From: Mobula hypostoma
Lineage: Eukaryota
Assembly: GCF_963921235.1 (NCBI RefSeq)
Contig: NC_086119.1
Span: forward strand, 4,030,001-4,094,000
DNA: 64,000 nt
Reading direction: 5' to 3'
Below, in pieces: positions 26,065-39,589 of this stretch. The position numbers and the translations under genes were made by a program. How positions within the stretch are numbered: position 1 is the first letter of the stretch; every line of letters starts with the position of its first letter. Under the pieces are notes generated by a model. It was not told the origin of the DNA and ran no database searches. It saw only the letters and a list, made by a program, of their open reading frames with translations.

Positions 26065-27019
26065 CTGCAGGGCAAGAGACAGAGAGTGAGAGAACTAGTG
26101 GAGAAACACGAGGGCCAGTGACCCCACACCCCAGGTCGGCAAGGGTCGGTTGGAGACACGAGGGGCGCGGTTCAAAGTCCTGTGATCAATGAGCCCTGGT
26201 CGTAGACCGGTGAGTCTGGAGGTTAAGGCCAGAAGGTCGAAGCCCCTGGGTCGGCATGTCTGGAAGTTGGAGGCCCGATGTCTGCAAGTCTGGGCAAGGA
26301 ACTGGAGGCCAGACATCTGCGTGTCTGAGAGAGCATAACATATAGGAGCAGAAGTAGGCCATTCAGCCCATCGAGTCTCTGCCATTCAGTCATGGGCTGA
26401 TTCAATTCTTCCAGTCATCCCCATTCCCCTGCCTTCTCCCCATACCCTTCGATGCCCTGGCTAATCAAGATAAGGCCGGGGCCAAGAGTCCTGTGGTTGG
26501 AGGCCTGTCTGTGTGAGTGGTTTAGAGGGTGGGAAAGGGCGTTGTTTTGGTGTTGTTCTGCTGAACCTTGTGGACATGCTATATTGGCACCAGACTGTGT
26601 GGCAGCAATTGCAGACTGCCCCTAGCACATTCTCAGCGCAAACACCACATTTCACATTATGCTTCCATGTACACGTAACAAACAAATGAATCTGAAGAAT
26701 AATTCAGTGTCTCAAGAAGGCGGATTCATCACTAAAGACCCTCACCACCCAGGACATGCCGTCTTCTCATTACTATCATTGGAGAGGAGGTCCAGGAGCC
26801 TGAAGACACACACTCATGAACAGCACAGTGGTGTAGTGGTTACAGCGCCAGTGGCCCGGGTTCGATTCCTGACGCTGTCTGTACATTCTCCTCGTAACCG
26901 CATGGCTTTCCTCCCAGTTATTGTACAGTGACAGACCCTAACGGTTAGTAGGTTCATTGGTCACATGGAGGTAACTGGGCAGTGTGGGCTCGTTGAGCCA
27001 GAAAGGGCTATTACAATAA

Positions 27020-27830
27020 TACATAGGAACAGAATTAGCCCACTCAGCCCATCAAGTCTGCTCTGCTATTTCATTATGACTGATTTATCATCCCTCTTAG
27101 CCCCATTCTCCTGTCTCCTGACACCCTGACTAATCAACCTCTGCTTTAATATACCAATGACATGGCCTCCACAGCTGCCTGTGGCAATGAATTCCATAGA
27201 TTTAATACCCTCTGGCTAAAGAAATTCCTCATCTCTGTTCTAAACAGATGTCCCTCAATTCTGAATCTGTGTCCTCTGGTGCTAGACTCCCCACTATAGG
27301 AAACATCCTCTCCACATCCACTCTATCTGTGTCCTCTGGTCCTAGACTCCCCCACTATAGGAAACATCCTCTCCACATCCACTCTATCTGTGTCCTCTGG
27401 TCCTAGACTCCCCCACTATAGGAAACATCCTCTCCACATCCACTCTATCTGTGCCCTCTGGTCCTAGACTCCCCACTATAGGAAACATCCTCTCCATACC
27501 CACTCTGTGACCTCTGGTCCTAGACTCCCCCACTATAGGAAATGTCTTCTCCACATCCACTCTATCTGTGCCCTCTGGTCCTAGACTCACCCACTATAGG
27601 AAACATCCTCTCCACATCCACTCTATCTGTGCCCTCTGGTCCTAGACTCCCCCACTATAGGAAACATCCTCTCCACATCCATTCTATCTGTGTCCTCTGG
27701 TCCTAGACTCCCCCACTATAGGAAACATCCTCTCCACATCCATTCTATCTGTGTCCTCTGGTCCTAGACTCCCCCACTATAGGAAATGTCTTCTCCATAT
27801 CCAGTCTGTCTGGGCCTTTCACCATTTGAT
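27020..27830 (-). repeat. CR1 3' fragment containing a ~61-bp minisatellite (~9 copies, 27265-27800)
   Basis: Unit encodes DRVDVERMFPIVGESRTRGH on the minus strand and is flanked by CR1 3' sequence. Confidence 0.9.
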
Positions 27831-28179
27831 GCCATGCTGTATCTCTAGTTTCTTTTCCTCTGCCATCCAAATCCATGAACACTAACTTCTTATTTCTTTA
27901 TTTACAATATTTAGTCATTTGTAATTTATAGTAATTTTTATGTATTGTGTTGTACTGCTGCTGCAAAAGAACAATTTCACAACACATCTCAGTGATAAAA
28001 ACCTGATTCTAGATATGAACTTCCCAGGGCAATGTACAGTGAAGAAGGCGGTGCCTCAGGTTATCTATTTTTACGGTAATTTATATTACATCGCTCTGTA
28101 CTGCTGCTGCAAAACAATGCATTTTACGTTATACGCCAGTGATATGAAACCCAAATCCGACACTGGCCGGGGCACTTAC

Positions 28180-28276
28180 TTCAGGTACTTGGCGTACTCC
28201 GGTTCTTTCCAGTACAGAAGGTACTTGAAGTAATTGACGAACGTGCGGTCTCTGAAGTAGCCTCGCTGCGCCAGGA
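28180..28276 (-). CDS. MED31: Mediator subunit 31, exon 3
   Basis: (F)LAQRGYFRDRTFVNYFKYLLYWKEPEYAKYL(K); 97 nt; CAG/GTAAGT boundaries. Confidence 0.97.
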
Positions 28277-30252
28277 CTGCGGCACCAAGACAAAATAATT
28301 CAATTAGATGCCAGCGACAAGGCTACCCAGACCACCACACCAATAGACAAGGCACACCTCCATAACCAGTGCTGGCTCTCTAATCCCTCAGCCACAACCC
28401 CAACTCCCACCACTCTTTAACGCCATTCCCCTACCTGTCCCTCTGCATTGCCACCCCTCCAACAATCCCTTACAGGAGCTACTCCCAACCACCCAGCACG
28501 GTCCTTACCACCGTTCACACCCAGCAAGCACTCCTGTATCGCCCAGTGAGCCTCCGGGGCCCCTCTCTGAGACCCTGCCATTCACCGATCACACCGCGTC
28601 GTCAGTCAAACTCTCAAATGCCGAGGAGGAGCGTACTGGAGTGAGACGGATCAGCAGCAACCTTGCACTCAACATCAGCAAGAACAAGAAATAGACGGGA
28701 CTTCAGGAAGGGAACACACACTGGCCCTCATCGAGGGGCCAGGGGTGGAAAGGCTGAGTAGTTTAACCAATTTCCCCTGGGATCAATAAAGTATGACTAT
28801 GACTATGTCTGGTTTCAAGTAGCTGGGCATCAACATCTCAGAGGATCTATCAAGGGCCGAAGGTCTATCAGGGGCCGTTGGTGTAACCATGAAGAAGGCA
28901 CAACAGCGGCTCTGCTTCATTAGGAGCTTGAGGAGACTTGGTATGTTACCAAATACTCTGACAAATCTCCGTAAATGTCCGGTGGAAGGCATTCTGACTC
29001 GTTGCATCACAGTCTGATTTGGAGGCTCCAATGCACAGCATCGGAATGAGCTGCAGAGGATTGCAGACTGAATCAGCTCTATCGTGGGCACAACCCTCCC
29101 CAGCACCAAGGACATCTTCTAAAGGCGGTGCCTCAAGACAGCAGCCACCACTAGGAACCCTCAGCACCCAGGGCAAGCCCTCTCCTCATCAGTACCATCG
29201 AGGATGAAAGGCCCACATGCAATGCTTTGGGAACAGCTTCTTCCCCTCCACCATCAGATTTCTGAATGGACAACGAACCCATGTACACTACCTCACTTCT
29301 TTTTCTTTCTTTTGCTCTCTTTTTGCACAATTAATTTAATTTATATATATATATATATATATTTCATTGTAATTTTTAGTTTGTTATGTATTGGAATTTA
29401 CTGCAGTTGCAAAACAACATATTTCATGACATGCCAATCATATTAAACCTGATATCATCGTGGTGTGTGGACTGGGCTCTGTAGTTCACGTTATGATGTG
29501 TTTCTGGTCTCTCCCTTTTTAATTGCTAATTTGTACGATTTTCATTGGGACAGACTGGCTCTGTGGCCTGCAGTTAAACAACACAGTGCTCAGCTGAACT
29601 GAACATTCCTAGGCTGGTTCAAGGTTTTGATGTTTTATATTTTGTGTGTTTTTTGCTCACCTTTGCCATTTGCACAATTTTTTCTCTTTTTTTTGCACAA
29701 TGGGTGTTTGATGTTTTCTTTGAATGGGCTCTTTGTTTCACGGCTGACCGTGGAAAGTCGAATCTCATGGTTATATGCTACATATACTTTGATAATAAAT
29801 GTACTTTGACTTTGAATCTTTGATTCTGGCTTAATTGTGCAAACTTGGAGGCAGAATTTAGTCAGCTTCCATCATCAGGGACCCCCACCACCGAGGACTG
29901 GCCCTCTTCTCACTGCTACCATCAGGGAGGAGGTACAGGAGCCTGAAGGTACACAGTCAACGATTCAGGAACAGCTTCTTCCCCTCCGCCATCAGAGTTT
30001 TGAATGGTCTGTGAACCCATGAACACAAACTAGTTATTCAGCTTTCGTAATTTACGGTGTTTTTATATGTATTGCATTGTACTGCTGCCACCAATATCAC
30101 ATCCTATGTCAGTGCTAATAAACCAGATTCCGATATCCTACACCAGCTCCCCTGGTCTAAGCCTCCAGCTGAATCCCGTTGCACTGCCTTGCGCAGTCTG
30201 CCTGGCACTGTTCCCGAGGTCAGCAACGCCGGCAGCTACCCAGGATACTCAC

Positions 30253-30327
30253 AGTTCAGGTAGTTTGGGTTTGCCAGACACTGAACAAACTCCAGCTCCA
30301 CCTGGAAACGCAGCTTTGCCTGTTCCT
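30253..30327 (-). CDS. MED31: Mediator subunit 31, exon 2
   Basis: (E)EQAKLRFQVELEFVQCLANPNYLN; 75 nt; CAG/GTGAGT boundaries. Confidence 0.97.
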
Positions 30328-32519
30328 CTGATGATGGATAATGGGGCGGGGGGGGGGGAATGGTGGAAAACACAGGTTAATTCTCACTGTTCAAAAACTG
30401 ACAAAGTGTGATACTCAAACATCATCTCACAAAACATAGAACAGTACAGCAGTACAGAGTACAGGCCCTTTGGCCCATGACGTTTTTACTTACTCTAAGA
30501 TCAATCTAACCCCTCCCTCCCACACAGCCCTCCATTTTTCCATCATCCATATGCCCATCTAAGAGTCTCTTAGATGCCTTTAATGTATCTGCCTCCATGC
30601 CCCCAAACCTCCTCTCCACCTCCCAGTAAATCTTCCTGGGGATCTCCTGCACCTTGCCCCACAACCTCGGGGACCTGCTCCTGACATCCGCCACTGTCTG
30701 CGTTCTCTCCGTGACTGCGTGGGTACCTCCTGGGTGTTCCAGTTTCATCCCTCATTCCAAAGACGCGGGAGCTTCTGGGTTAATTGACCACTGCAATTTA
30801 CCCTCCAGCTGGGTTAATGGCAGAGTCTGTGTGAACTTGATGGGAATGTGGGGACAATTAAAGCAAATGCATGGCTAATGGTTGGCACTAACCCAGGGGT
30901 CAGTAAGACCAAAGAACTGATTGTGGACCTCAGAAAGAGTAAGAAGAAGGAACACACACTGGTTCTCATCGAGGGATCAGAAATGGAAAGAATGAGCAAT
31001 TTCAAGTTCCTAAGTGTCAACATCTCTGCACCCAACATATTAATGCAGCTTCAAAGAAGATACATCAGCAGCTATATTTCATTAGGAGTTTGAGAACATC
31101 TTCGGAAACAGCTCTGTTTCTATCTTTAATATCTCTTTTTTTCCTTTTCAGGGTTCTTTTGAAGACCCTGACCTGGAGTTACACGCTGACTTCAGTTCTT
31201 TGCAGAAATGGGACCCGCTCTCAGGGCCTCACGACCGGCAACTTTTCGATATGCCAAGGACGTGGCCTGGAAGACTAGCACACCTTCAGGGTGCCGGATT
31301 TTGGTGGCTCTGGAGATGGGCTGATTCGAGGCCGGTACTGCTGCCTGATGTGTCGCGGGAGTGTATGGAAGATCGAAAGCAGCGAGCTGGCTGCTGGCTG
31401 TGTGCCTAGAGACCCGAGTTCTTTGGGCACAAAGCTCCGGAAAATCGACGCAAGACTTTTAACTCCATAAATTGGCGAGTTGTTTTGTTATGCCGCCCCT
31501 CTCGCTGTGAAATGGGGACACCTATTTTTCCCTTATTAGGGAGAGAGAGAGAGCCTGTGGAATGTTGAATTACCGGGTGAACGAGTAGTGCAAGTCTGTG
31601 TCTTTATTGATGCTTCGCTGCACACTTGAGTGCTCGGTGGAGGGGGGGGTGCTTTTTTGCTGGTGGGGGAGGGAGGGGGTTGTTGCTTTGCTGCTGTTTA
31701 TGCTTGGGAGGGGGGAGTTGGGGGTCTTTGGGGTTCTAACATTTAACTGTCATTTATTCCTCTGCTTTCGTGGATGTTTGCGAAGTAAAAGAATTTCAGG
31801 ATGTATATTGTATTCATATATACAGTGTGTGTGTTTTTTTTATATATATATATATATACACACACACTTACTGTAATTCACAGTTTCTTTCTCTATTATT
31901 ATGTGTTGCATTTACTGCTGCCGCAAAGACGACAAATTTCACAACAAATGCTGGTGATGTTAAACCTGATTCTGATTCAGGTGGGGGCGGGGGATGCTAA
32001 ACCCTAATACACTTTATTATTTCTTAATTTATTTGTGGTTATATTAGTTAGTGTATTGTGTGTGAGCTATATGTACAGTGTTTAGCGTCTTGATCCGGAA
32101 ATGAATCTCAGGGTTATATATATGGTGACATTGATGCACTTTGGTAATAAATTTATTTTGAACTTTTTCTTTAGTGAACTGGAAAATTGCACATCATGAA
32201 AAGGCCGATAAGAATGGCGATAATTTCTTTGGAACAGAGGACTATAAGGAAACTTTGTCGAAATATATAAAATTATGAACGACCTGGATTCAGTGAGCTT
32301 ACAGGAAGAATTAATTTGACACCAGAGTGTGTGGCAACACCTGCAGGCTACTCTTAGCACCTGCCTGGGTATCTTGGTTGTTAACCCCAATGATTCATTT
32401 CACTGAACGTCTCCATGTCTGTGAGATACATAAGCATAAATCTTGAATATATCCCTTTACAGATCTATCACATTCAGATATATCCCTTTACAGATTTAAT
32501 TCTCACAAGTACATTGAAA

Positions 32520-32860
32520 TATTGAGTGGCAGGGTGGAGATACGTCTCTACCAAAGGAGGTGTAAGGCATTCCTTCCCTCCACTAGTCTACAGGTCACCC
32601 TTGGGCAAGGTGTAGAACCTGCTTAGCCCCCCACTGATCAGGGTCACGTGAAGCCACGGGATCAGGTGGTGGATGGTTGTTTGAGCAGCTGGTGTACATC
32701 ACAAGTCCTGGTTACTTGACCACTGACAGCAGACAATCTCTGAAGAGTATTGATAATAGCTGGGGTCACCCAGCTTGTAAAGATACTGGCCAGAAGAAGG
32801 CAATGGCAAACCACTTCTGAAGAAAAATTTACCAGGAACAATCATGGTCATGGAAATGGC
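32520..32860 (+). mobile_element. Probable RTE-related SINE or RTE fragment
   Basis: Contains GAAGAAGGCAATGGCAAACCACTT, a segment characteristic of RTE/BovB-related repeats; classification tentative. Confidence 0.4.
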
Positions 32861-33539
32861 ACATAACGTACAAAACTATAGTGGGGAGGGGGGTGACCAA
32901 AACAAAGATTGAAACATTGAAGCATACAGAGGAATGTGTCATTTGTGGTAACAACCAACACATTTAAGGATGTGCTGTCCTAGGGCCAACACAGACCAAT
33001 GATCGAACAACATGAGAGATGAGGAAATGAAGGGACTGGTATTTTTTGTAGGAAGAGTTACAGAATAAACACTCACTGCAAGGCAATTAATCCTCCTGCC
33101 TTCCAGCTCCAAAATCCGGGTTCATCCCTGACTTCCAGTGCTGACTGTGTACACTTTGCATGTTCTCCTCTGACTGGGTAGGTTTTCCCCACGTGCTCTG
33201 GTTCCCCCCCGCCCGCCCCGATCACATTCCAGCTCGCAGGTTGCTGTGCTAATGTCTGTGCAATCCGGTAGACATACGGAAACATCTTGGCCAAGACAGT
33301 GAGACTGAAAACAGCTTCTTCCCGAGGGCTGTTGTGCAGCTGAAAGATGCTACACCACGGCTTGCCGATGGCCTTTGAGTGTTATGGACTACTGCAGTCA
33401 CTTGCTGCATGTAAATATGGAAATTTTGTTTTTAATTAAGCTGTAACACATGTATTGCAGATATTTGTTTTGCTGAGACTGGAATAGCACAGCAATCTCA
33501 TTGTCCTGAGCAATGACTTATTCTAATTGCCCAATTTAG

Positions 33540-35460
33540 ACCATAAGACATAGGAGCAGAATTAGGCCATTTGGCCCATCGAGACTGCTCCCCCATTTAA
33601 TCATGGCTGATCCTTTTATTCCCTCCTCAGCCCCACTCCCTGGCCTTCTCCCCATAACCTATGATACCGTGTCCAATCAAGAACCTATCAAGCTCTGCTT
33701 TAAATACACCCAACGACCTGGCTTCCAAAGCTGCCTGTGGTAACAAATTCCACAAATTCACCACTTTCTGGCTAAAGAAATTTATTTGCATTGCTGTTTT
33801 AAATGGATGTCCCCCTATCCTGATGTTGTCCTCTCCTGTCCTTGACTCCCCCAACATGCAAAACATGCTTTCCACATCTACCTTATCTAGGCCTTTCAAT
33901 ATTTGAAAGGTTTCAATGAGATCCCCTTCGTTCTTCTAAATTCCCGCAAGTACAGACCCAGAGCCATCAAACATTTTTCATATGATTAACATTTCATTCC
34001 CAGAATCATCCTTATGAACCTCCTCCAAACCCTCTCCAATGACAGCACATCTTTTCTTGGATGAGGAGCCCAAAACTGTTGACAATATAACACTTTAAAT
34101 GCTGCATTTGCTACCCTTTTTGATTCTGCATCCCTAGTGCACTGATACTCACCCTGCTGGCTGCAGTTTTCTCCTCTCATCTGCCTGTCCTTCCTGACAG
34201 TCTGTCTGCACACTATCTTGGCTTTTTTTACCATCCATTCTACCCTCAGTCCCTTTACTCCGGTTCCCACTCCCCTGACAAATTAGTTTAAACCCTCCCC
34301 AACAGCTCTAACAAACCTGCCCACCAGAATATTGGTCCCCCTCGGGTTCAGGTGCCGCCCGTCACTTTTGAACAGGTCACACCTCCCCCAGAAGAGATCC
34401 CAATGATCCAAGAACCTAAAGCCCTGCCCCCTGCACCAGCTTCTCAGTCATGCATTAATTTGCCAAATCATCCTGTTTCTACCCTCACTGACACGTGGGA
34501 CAGGCAGCAGTCAAACGTTCCTCATTTGATAACACTTTCGTTCCTGGAATCATCCTTGTGAACCTCCTTTGAACCCGAAGCCCAAAACTGTTCACAATAC
34601 TGAAGGTGAGGCCTCACCAGTGCCTTATAAAGCAGACCTCTTGAAATGAATGCTAACATTGCATTTGCCTTCCTCACCACCAACTCTACCTGCAAATTAA
34701 CCTTCAGGGTGTTCTGCACAAGGACTCCCAAGTGCTTCTGCATCTCAGATTTTTGGATTTTCTCCCCAATTAGAAAATAGTCTGCACATTTATTTCTACT
34801 ACCAAAGTGCATGACCATGCATTTTCCAACATTATATTTCATTTGCCACTTTCTTGCCCATTCTCCGAATGTGTGCAAGTCCTTCAGCAGCCTACCTGTT
34901 TCCTCAACACTATCTGTCCCTCCACCAATCTTCGTATCATCTGCAAGCTTGGCAACAAAGCCATCTATTCCATCATCTAAATCATTGATATACAGCATAA
35001 AAAGAAGTGGTCTCAACACTGACCCCTGCAGAACACCACTAGTCACTGGCAGCCAACCAGAAAAGTATCCTGTTATTCCCAGTTGCTGCCTCCTACCAAT
35101 CAGCCAATGCTCTAACCATACCAATAACTTTCCTATGATACCATGGACTCTTAACTTGGTAAGCAGCCTCATGTACGGCACCTTGTCAAAGGCCTTCTGC
35201 AAGTCCAAATATACAACATCCACTACATCCCCTTTATCTATCCTACTTGTAATTTCCTCAAAGAATTCCAACAGGTCCATCAGGCAAGATTTACCCTTAA
35301 GAAACCATGCTGACTTTTTCCTATCTTGTCCTGTGTCACCAAGTACTCCATAACCTCATCCCTAACAATTGACTTCAACATCTTCCCAGCCACTGAGGTC
35401 AGGCTAACTGGTCTATAATTTCCTTTCTGCTGCTTCCCTCCTTCCTTAAAGAGTGGAATG
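33540..35460 (-). mobile_element. CR1 LINE fragments (RT region 34522-35460, 3' end 33540-34090, rearranged piece between)
   Basis: YLDLQKAFDKVP, SGVLQGSVL, ADDTKIGG and FFSQKVVNLWN motifs on the minus strand. Confidence 0.9.
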
Positions 35461-35479
35461 GCATTTGCATTAGTGCTGC

Positions 35480-36270
35480 TTCATGCACCCATGCTGCGTT
35501 TGCTAATTTCATCAATTTTGCCTCCAGCTTCCACCCTGCCCTTAAATTCACTTGGTCCATTTCTGTCACCTCCCTCCCCTTTTTTGATCTCTGTCTTCAC
35601 CTCCATCAACAAACTGTTGGCTGCCATATTTTATAAACCTACTGATTCGCAGTTATCGTGACTCTTCCGACACTGTCCACCGTAAAAATGCAATTCCCCT
35701 TTCTCAGCTCCTTCATCACCGCTGCACGTGTCCGCAGGATGCTTTCCTTTTCAGTACATCAGAGATGCCCTCTTTCTTCAAAGAACGGGATTTCCCTTCC
35801 CCCCTCACCAGCATCTCCCCCGTTTCCTGCTGCCTTAATATAGAATTCTTTTGTCCTCACCTACCACCCCATGCTTCCACATTCAACAAATCATTCTCCA
35901 CAGCTTCTGCCATCTTCAACAGGATCCTACCACCATACACATCTTTAACCCCCCACTTCCCACAGGGGTCGCTCCCTCCATGATTCCTTGTCCATTTGTC
36001 CTTCCCACATATACCCCTGCTCCTTACCTGCCCACCACATCGCCCCCGGCTTCTCCTCTCCTCTCCAGCCCTTGACCTTTCCCAGCCACCTGGTTTCACC
36101 TATCACCTTCCAGCTATCCTCCTTCCCCTACCCTCACCTTTTTACTATGTCGTCTTCCCCCCCCTCCTTTCCAGTCCTGAAGAAGGGACTCAAGCTAAAA
36201 CTTCGACTGTTTGTTCATTTCCATCGATGCTGCCTGACTTGCTGAGTTCCTCTTGCGTTTCGTGTGTTGA
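35480..36270 (+). mobile_element. Penelope-like retroelement fragment
   Basis: Degenerate RT-end motifs (FYKPTDS, IPFSQL) followed by the same terminal repeat seen at 1390 and 45530. Confidence 0.6.
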
Positions 36271-36719
36271 ACTGAGAGAGAAAGTGGGTTGCAGGCAAAT
36301 AGGAGGGAGATAGATTTAAACAGGCTTCCTCCTTTACCTGATAAAAGAATGAGTTACTTACACAGCACGTGGATCTGTATCAGCAAGACTAAAGAGCAAA
36401 TGCGGAAAGGAGGGATTGGGCCAAGAGGCTGTTTCATCAACGGGCCAGAGAGTTGAATTAATTGTAAAATTAATTTAATAAGTAAGCAATGGCGAATGCC
36501 AGGTCAAAAGAAGATTCTATATTTTGAGGTCAAAAGATTGTTAGACAATTCGCCAGTGGTGGAACCAGATACCCCAAGCCGGCGCTGCTTGGATAGTACA
36601 GAAAGCTCAAGGGCCGAACTGTCTCTCCTCACCCTATGGAAAGCGCCCGAATGGCTAGGGTCAGTCCCCCAAACCACAGCAGCACTGGCTGGGGAGAGAG
36701 AACAACAGCGATCTCCAAC

Positions 36720-37090
36720 AACTGGACCCCGACTTCCGCCCCGTGCATTTGCTCGCAGCTCCCACTTCCGCCCCTCTTAGCCGCCCGGCGATTGGCGCAG
36801 CCGGTCACGTAACGAACACATCACCATTACCAGTCTCCAAAGTATTCGGGGCCGCCGCCATTCTCCCTTCGTTACGCCACGGACATAAACCAGAAGAAGC
36901 CGTTTCGCGTCCCCAGCACTAATAGTCGGTGATCACAGGTACGATTTTCCGCACGTTAATCGATGTAATCGACACAGCAGACGAGGAATCAGCCCCCCGC
37001 CTCAACCCGTTCACCGTCTCCGCAAGCAACCGAAGGAAGTGACGAAGACAAGCAGACACTGCCCCCCACCGGAATGGAGGGGAAACGGCA
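36720..37090. promoter_or_regulatory. CpG-rich bidirectional promoter shared by MED31 (-) and rhodanese gene C (+)
   Basis: High CpG density; ETS-type ACTTCCG (~36732, ~36764) and GGAAGT (~37035); GC boxes; ATTGG at 36791; YY1-type AATGGCGGC over the MED31 ATG; divergent genes on each side. Confidence 0.75.
36831..36861 (-). CDS. MED31: Mediator subunit 31, exon 1; full CDS complement(join(25872..26064,28180..28276,30253..30327,36831..36861)), 131 aa
   Basis: ATGGCGGCGGCCCCGAATACTTTGGAGACTG|GTAATG encodes MAAAPNTLET; phase 1 matches exon 2; total CDS 396 nt. Confidence 0.92.
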
Positions 37091-37534
37091 CGATATCGCC
37101 TCAGGGCTAGAGGACCGCCGGTATGGCCTCCTGACTGCCGGAAGACCGGTGCTGCCGCTCCCTGTCTTCAGGAGGACCGGTGCTGCCGCTCCCTGTCTTC
37201 AGGAGGGCTGGTGGTGCCGCGCTCTGTCTGCTGGAGGACCGGCGGTGCTACCCCCCCGGTCAGTGGGAGGACCGGTGGTGCTGCCCCCTGTCTGTGGGAG
37301 GACCGGTGGTGCTGCCCCCTGTCCGTGGGAGGACTGGTGTGCTGTCCCCGTCTGCCTGAATGGAAGACCAGTGGTGTTGTGTTCACTGGCCCGACTCTGG
37401 CCCCTCCTGGTTCACCTCTGTGAGCTGTTCCTTCTGGATAACCGCTTTTCCTGACGTCCTCTTTCCTGTGTGCTGACAGGTGGTTTTGGAAGATCCCGGA
37501 TCACTGTGAACCCCAGATCATCCCACCAGCAAGG

Positions 37535-37645
37535 ATGAACCCTGTAATCTGGTGGATTCGTACCAGCTTTCAGTCAGTGCAGGACCTCGAGTCCAACCAC
37601 CTACTGGAACGGCTGAAACAGAGCCGGAACCAGGTGTTGCTGCTG
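37535..37645 (+). CDS. Rhodanese-domain gene C, first coding exon; full CDS join(37535..37645,39395..39503,41148..41419), 163 aa
   Basis: MNPVIWWIRTSFQSVQDLESNHLLERLKQSRNQVLLL, 37 codons as in A and B, GTGAGA donor. An upstream acceptor at 37478-37479 suggests a 5' noncoding exon. Confidence 0.88.
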
Positions 37646-38452
37646 GTGAGAGGCCCTGAGCAATTCCTTCCTCCTCCTTCCCGTAGCTGCCGGATTGTCT
37701 CTGGAGATTGTTGGGAATATGGGAGCGGCAGGGATAATTAGATAACTGTGTTCACTGGGCCACAGAGTGAGATATCATTGAAACAGTAGACCATACGACA
37801 TAGGAGCAGAATTAGGCCATTCAGCCCATCGAGTCTGCTCTGTTGTTCCATCATGACTGATTTATTATTCCTCTCAACACCATTCTCCAGTCTTCTTTCC
37901 ATAACTTTTGAACTGCTAACTAATCAAGAACCTGTCAACCTCTGCTTAAAATATACTCAATGATTTGGCCTCCACAGCTCCATCAGCCTCTGACAAAAGA
38001 AATTCCTCCTCATCTCTGATTTAAAGGAAAATCCCTCAATTCTGAGGCTCTTCCCCATTATCCTAGACTCCCGCTATAGGAAACAGTTCTCTCCACATCC
38101 AGTCTATCTAGACCTTCCAATATTGCAAAGGTAATTCAGGCCCTTTGGCCCAACTGGTCAACACAGGCCACAGCTGGTTCATAATCCTCCATGAACCTCT
38201 TAAATGTTGCAATTGGACCCACCTTGACCACTTCCTGGGACAAAAGGTACTTGGTGAAGGGTCTGAGAGAAAATTTACAAGGATGTGGCCGGGACTTGAG
38301 GACCTCAGTTAAAGGAAAAGGTTGAATAGGTTAGGACGTTATTCCCTGGAGAGCAGGAGGATGAGGAGAGATTCACAGATGTATTCAAAATTATGAGGGG
38401 TACAGATAGGGTAAATGGAGGCAGCATTTTCCACTGAGGTTGGGTGAGACCT

Positions 38453-38580
38453 CACCAAATACCCTGTATCACTGATACGGTCACATCACCAAATACCCTG
38501 TATCACTGATACAGTTGCATCACCAAATACTCTGTATCACTGATACAGTTACCTTACCAAATACCCTGTATCACTGATAG
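38453..38580. repeat. 34-bp tandem repeat (~4 copies) with internal palindrome TGTATCA-C-TGATACA
   Basis: CACCAAATAC recurs at 38453, 38487 and 38521. Confidence 0.85.
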
Positions 38581-38599
38581 AGTGATGCTCTCTTTATAC

Positions 38600-39350
38600 C
38601 ATCCTGTCATGCACTCCCAGGGTCAGACACAGGGTAAAGCTCTCTCCACACCGTCCCATCACACACTCCCGGGGTCAGACACAGAGTGAAACTCCCTCCA
38701 CACCATCGCATCACACGCTCCCGGGGTCAGACACAGAGTGAAGCTCCCTCCACATCGTCCCATCACACAATCCCGGGGTCAGACACAGAGTGAAGCTCCC
38801 TCCACACCATCCCATCACATACTCCCAGGGTCAGACACAGAGTGAAGCTCCCTCCACACCGTCCCATCACACACTCCCAGGGTCAGACACAGAGTGAAAC
38901 TCCCTCCACACCGTCCCATCACACACTCCCGGGGTCAGACACAGAGTGAAGCTCCCTCTACCCTGTCCCATCACACACTCCCGGGGTCAGACACAGAGTG
39001 AAGCTCCCTCCATACCGTCCCATTACACACTCCCGGGGTCAGACACAGAGTGAAGCTCCCTCCGCACCGTCCCTTCACACACTCCCGGGGTCAGACACAG
39101 AGTGAAGCTCCCTCTACCCCGTCCCATCACACACTCCCGGGGTCAGACACAGAGTGAAGCTCCCTCCACACCATCCCAACACACACTCCCAGGGTCAGAT
39201 ACAGTGTGAAGCTCCCTCTACCCCGTCCCATCACACACTCCCGGGGTCAGACACAGAGTGAAGCTCCCTCCACACCATCCCAACACACACTCCCAGGGTC
39301 AGATACAGTGTGAAGCTCCCTCCTCACCGTCCCATCACACACTCCTGGGC
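38600..39350. repeat. 52-bp minisatellite, ~14 copies
   Basis: Unit CCGTCCCATCACACACTCCCGGGGTCAGACACAGAGTGAAGCTCCCTCCACA. Confidence 0.95.
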
Positions 39351-39394
39351 CAAGGATAATACATCAAACATGATTCCTATTCCACTCGTTACAG

Positions 39395-39503
39395 GACGTC
39401 CGCAGTCCGGCTGAATATGAAGTCAGTCACTTGGAGGGAGCCGTTCGCGTTGACTCAGAGACCACCGACATGGAGAAGACAGTGAAGGAGCTGGGTCTGG
39501 CAG
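39395..39503 (+). CDS. Rhodanese-domain gene C, coding exon 2
   Basis: CTCGTTACAG acceptor, DVRSPAEYEVSHLEGAVRVDSETTDMEKTVKELGLA, GTAGGG donor; 109 nt. Confidence 0.92.
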
Positions 39504-39589
39504 GTAGGGACCACTGGGGTTCTGATCCTCTCCACCATCGTCTCCCCCTCCTGAATGTCACTCTTCACCCTCCCTTCAGCTAAACGTCT

